This document shows, piece after piece, positions 61,728-64,000 of a stretch of 64,000 nt of DNA; within the stretch, counting starts at the first letter, position 1, and each line of letters begins with the position of its first letter. A program made the position numbers and the translations under genes. The notes under the pieces are model-generated. The model saw only the letters and a list, made by a program, of their open reading frames with translations. It was not told the origin of the DNA and ran no database searches. This DNA comes from Candidatus Sungiibacteriota bacterium (lineage in GTDB: Bacteria; Patescibacteriota; Minisyncoccia; Sungbacterales; HO2-52-23). The stretch spans positions 122,702 to 186,701 of the forward strand of contig CP066690.1 in the NCBI GenBank assembly GCA_016432465.1. Reading direction: 5' to 3'.

Positions 61728-62897
61728 TCACAGCGGCGGCTCTTTGGTCAAGAGGAAGTCCCAGCCGCCAACCGTACTTATGTTGGTGACCGTATTGATT
61801 TTCGTGGTTTTGATTTGTAACTTCCCGCTTTTTACATATTTAAACTGTTCCACCCAAAGACTGAACTTCCTCTCCTCTCCTTGTTTTACCGTAACATCAA
61901 AACCCAGTGATAGGACGGATTTGTGGGGACTCCCGATTTTGGGATGCTCGGTAATAAAAGTAAACTCGGTTTTACTAATTAACTTATCGGCTGAGGAAGT
62001 TCCATCCCGTAAAATAAGATATATTTTGCGGGCGCGATTGGGGGTTGAGTCCATCTCGTCTATAATTAGAGTCTCAAAATTGGCCAACAGCACATCCGAG
62101 GTTGTCCCGTTATAAATTGTAAAGTCACCCAGTTTATACGGGTCCACTTCCACCTCTGGAAAAGAATTAGTAAATACCGTAAGTAAATTTATCCAGTTGG
62201 GGGTAGTAAAAGAGACATCGGCCCTGACCGGATTACCCGCCTGATCTTTTACGCTCACCGTACAAGAATAGTCAGTATGCGGCTCCGGAAAGTATTCGGT
62301 GAGACGTCCGGCTGGCTTGGCTACTTTTATGGTGGGGGTACAGGTTACAGACTCATCCACCACACCCGTCTCATCCACTGCCCAATCAAAGACCACCCGA
62401 TAGGGATAGTGAACGCCAAGCGGAGAATTGTCTATAAAGCCCTTTTTGAAAACTTGAGGTTTTTTAACGAAACTAGGCGGGGTAGTATCGGCGGGAACCG
62501 TGGTGGTTGATACCTGCTCTTTTGCCAGCTTTTCCTGAAGCGCCTTAAGTTCTGCCTGCAGCTTTTGTATTTGCTCAATAATCGCCTCTTTGGTTACGGG
62601 CGCTGTTTTTTGGGCCAAAACCGTATTGGCCCGCGCCCTGGTTTTAGGACCAAAGTATCCGACCGCGGGTACAATTTTTTCTCTTTCCTGAAATTTTTTA
62701 ACAGCGGCTCGCGTAAGCAAGAAGAAATTTCCGGTAACCGGACCGCTATAAACCCCCTCATCCCGCAAAAACTCCTGAAGTTGAGTAACCCCGGAATCAC
62801 TTTTTAAGCCAAAATAAAGGTCACGGTCAAAAGAGGCCGCAAAACTTAAAAACGGCATAAAAACCAATATAGTAATCAAAATAACCTTTTTTAGCAT
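61728..62897 (-). CDS. Secreted protein with N-terminal peptidoglycan-binding-like domain, coiled coil and beta-rich C-terminal domain
   Basis: Signal peptide. DRDLYFGLKSDSGVTQLQEFLRDEGVYSGPVTGNFFLLTRAAVKKFQ resembles a PG_binding_1 domain. Confidence 0.45.
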   Translation of the reverse strand: MLKKVILITILVFMPFLSFAASFDRDLYFGLKSDSGVTQLQEFLRDEGVYSGPVTGNFFLLTRAAVKKFQEREKIVPAVGYFGPKTRARANTVLAQKTAPVTKEAIIEQIQKLQAELKALQEKLAKEQVSTTTVPADTTPPSFVKKPQVFKKGFIDNSPLGVHYPYRVVFDWAVDETGVVDESVTCTPTIKVAKPAGRLTEYFPEPHTDYSCTVSVKDQAGNPVRADVSFTTPNWINLLTVFTNSFPEVEVDPYKLGDFTIYNGTTSDVLLANFETLIIDEMDSTPNRARKIYLILRDGTSSADKLISKTEFTFITEHPKIGSPHKSVLSLGFDVTVKQGEERKFSLWVEQFKYVKSGKLQIKTTKINTVTNISTVGGWDFLLTKEPPL

Positions 62898-62932
62898 AAG
62901 TCTATTATAACATACCTGCCAGAATCGCGTCT

Positions 62933-63982
62933 CTACTTATCAACACCACTATTATCTGCCTGCGCCTCAAGAAGTACAAGATACTGCCCGGAGAAAGGAA
63001 TGGTTAAGCCCGGCTGTGCGGTATTTTTAAGATACGGACGGGGCATAATCAAGAAATACGGCGGCCTGAATCCCATTTTAAGACTCTCGCGCTCCACCCG
63101 CTCAATATATTTTCTGCCGCTATAATAATAGATAGTATCAAAAGAGCTCCAATCAAAACTGTAAAGCGCATGCCCCTGATCATTCTTTTTTATAAAAAGG
63201 CCTATTTCTTTCTCCTCTTTCGCATAAGGATAAGAGTAGGGAACGTTGGAAATAAAAAGCTGATAATAGGTGCTTAGCGCCCCCAAAAGCAGAAGAGCCG
63301 CAAAAACCGCAACTACGGCATAGCGTCCGGTGATACTTTGACGAATACTCCGATACCAAACTCCCCCTAGTGAGGACACTAACATACCTTCAAAAGGAAA
63401 CAACGGAATAAGGTAAAAAATGAGCTTGGTGCGGGATATGGCAAAGGTAATAAAAATAAAAAGTGCGGAGAAGAGAGAGGCCAGCGCCAACCGGCGTTCC
63501 GGAAGCTGACCCAAACGTCTCCAAAAAATCCAAAGGCCGCCACCGATAGCCGCCAGAAACCAGGGCTCGTTCAAAAGCAAAAGTTGTTTTAAATAACTCC
63601 GGGTCGTAACCGATCCTCCCAGTATCGGAGCGGCAACACGTTCAAAGACATGACGCACAAGATACACGTCCCAAAAATCCTTGCCAAACTTTATGCTCTC
63701 ACGCAGGTGCCAGGGCAGGATAATGATTAAAAAAATTATAGTCCCCAGCCAGAAGTACCAATCTCTAAGCCAGCGCCATTCTTTATACACTGCGCTAAAT
63801 ATCAAAATCACCGGCACTAAAAGCAGCGCCGGAAAACTGCGCAGCATCACTCCGATACCAAGAAAGAACCAAAATGGAGCCCAACGGGCAAGCCCGTGGT
63901 ACCCATTCTTTACGGTCAAGCCTGATGGCTTGCCTGCTGGGGCGGAATCCCGCCCCAGAAAACCGCATTCATCCACGGGCAA
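62933..63982 (-). CDS. Polytopic membrane protein, possibly GT-C fold (ArnT/PMT-like) glycosyltransferase; start uncertain
   Basis: Many TM helices, then a soluble C-terminal domain of about 100 aa. The reading frame is still open at the window end. An alternative start is the Met at 63847; GC-rich hairpins (CTGGGGCGGaatCCCGCCCCAG, CCACGGGCaaaCCCGTGG) at 63925-63990 may be non-coding. Confidence 0.35.
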   Translation of the reverse strand: MPVDECGFLGRDSAPAGKPSGLTVKNGYHGLARWAPFWFFLGIGVMLRSFPALLLVPVILIFSAVYKEWRWLRDWYFWLGTIIFLIIILPWHLRESIKFGKDFWDVYLVRHVFERVAAPILGGSVTTRSYLKQLLLLNEPWFLAAIGGGLWIFWRRLGQLPERRLALASLFSALFIFITFAISRTKLIFYLIPLFPFEGMLVSSLGGVWYRSIRQSITGRYAVVAVFAALLLLGALSTYYQLFISNVPYSYPYAKEEKEIGLFIKKNDQGHALYSFDWSSFDTIYYYSGRKYIERVERESLKMGFRPPYFLIMPRPYLKNTAQPGLTIPFSGQYLVLLEAQADNSGVDK

Positions 63983-64000
63983 ACCCGTGGTCTTCTGGGG

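Noticed and set aside
1-64000. Searched for rRNA, tRNA, CRISPR arrays and obvious transposase/integrase genes
   Set aside because: No direct-repeat/spacer arrays, no cloverleaf-compatible tRNA candidates, no rRNA-like conserved stretches and no transposase-like ORFs were recognised. The repeat elements present are non-autonomous.

Overview
Dense, almost entirely minus-strand gene array from a medium-GC (about 45-50%) bacterial genome. By gene content it is one large cell-surface glycan / nucleotide-sugar biosynthesis island.

Recognisable content:
- Two tandem NeuB-like nonulosonic-acid synthases.
- A GDP-heptose-type module: GmhA SIS isomerase, HddC-like nucleotidyltransferase and HddA-like GHMP kinase.
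- A HemN-like radical SAM enzyme plus three B12-binding radical SAM enzymes.
- Three NAD-dependent epimerase/dehydratases and an SDR.
- Two PhyH-type Fe/2OG dioxygenases.
- HAD, DJ-1/PfpI and cupin proteins.
- Split and fused transketolase-family TPP enzymes.
- Three NUDIX hydrolases.
- Two small HxGH cytidylyltransferase-like proteins.
- Two NeuA-like CMP-sugar synthetases, one of them fused to an SDR.
- A KdsC-like phosphatase and an FkbM methyltransferase.
- Three TagF/KpsC-like GT-B paralogs.
- An ABC exporter.
- Two NodU/CmcH carbamoyltransferases.
- Several GT2/GT4 glycosyltransferases, including a 1144-aa triple-GT4 fusion.
- A CotH-kinase / VTC-domain / DUF4956 triad.
- A surface protein with lamin-tail and PKD domains, plus TPR, PG-binding and GT-C-like membrane proteins.

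No rRNA or tRNA genes and no CRISPR array were seen.

The most unusual sequence-level features are several families of GC-rich palindromic (MITE/RPE-like) elements:
1. A roughly 120-bp element with CCCCCCACCTTCCCAG / CTGGGAAGGTGGGGGG inverted ends, present twice. One copy is inserted in frame inside the HddC-like gene.
2. A roughly 100-bp palindromic insert with 11-bp flanking direct repeats, in frame inside the triple-GT4 gene.
3. Two diverged 0.5-0.65 kb GC-rich non-coding elements with matching 12-bp terminal inverted repeats (CGCRTTGTTWAC), lying in inverted orientation and bracketing about 31 kb of the island.
4. A recurring GGGAAGTCnGACTTCCC palindrome and recurring CCACGG..CCGTGG hairpins.

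All functional calls are from motif and domain recognition by eye; no database search was possible.
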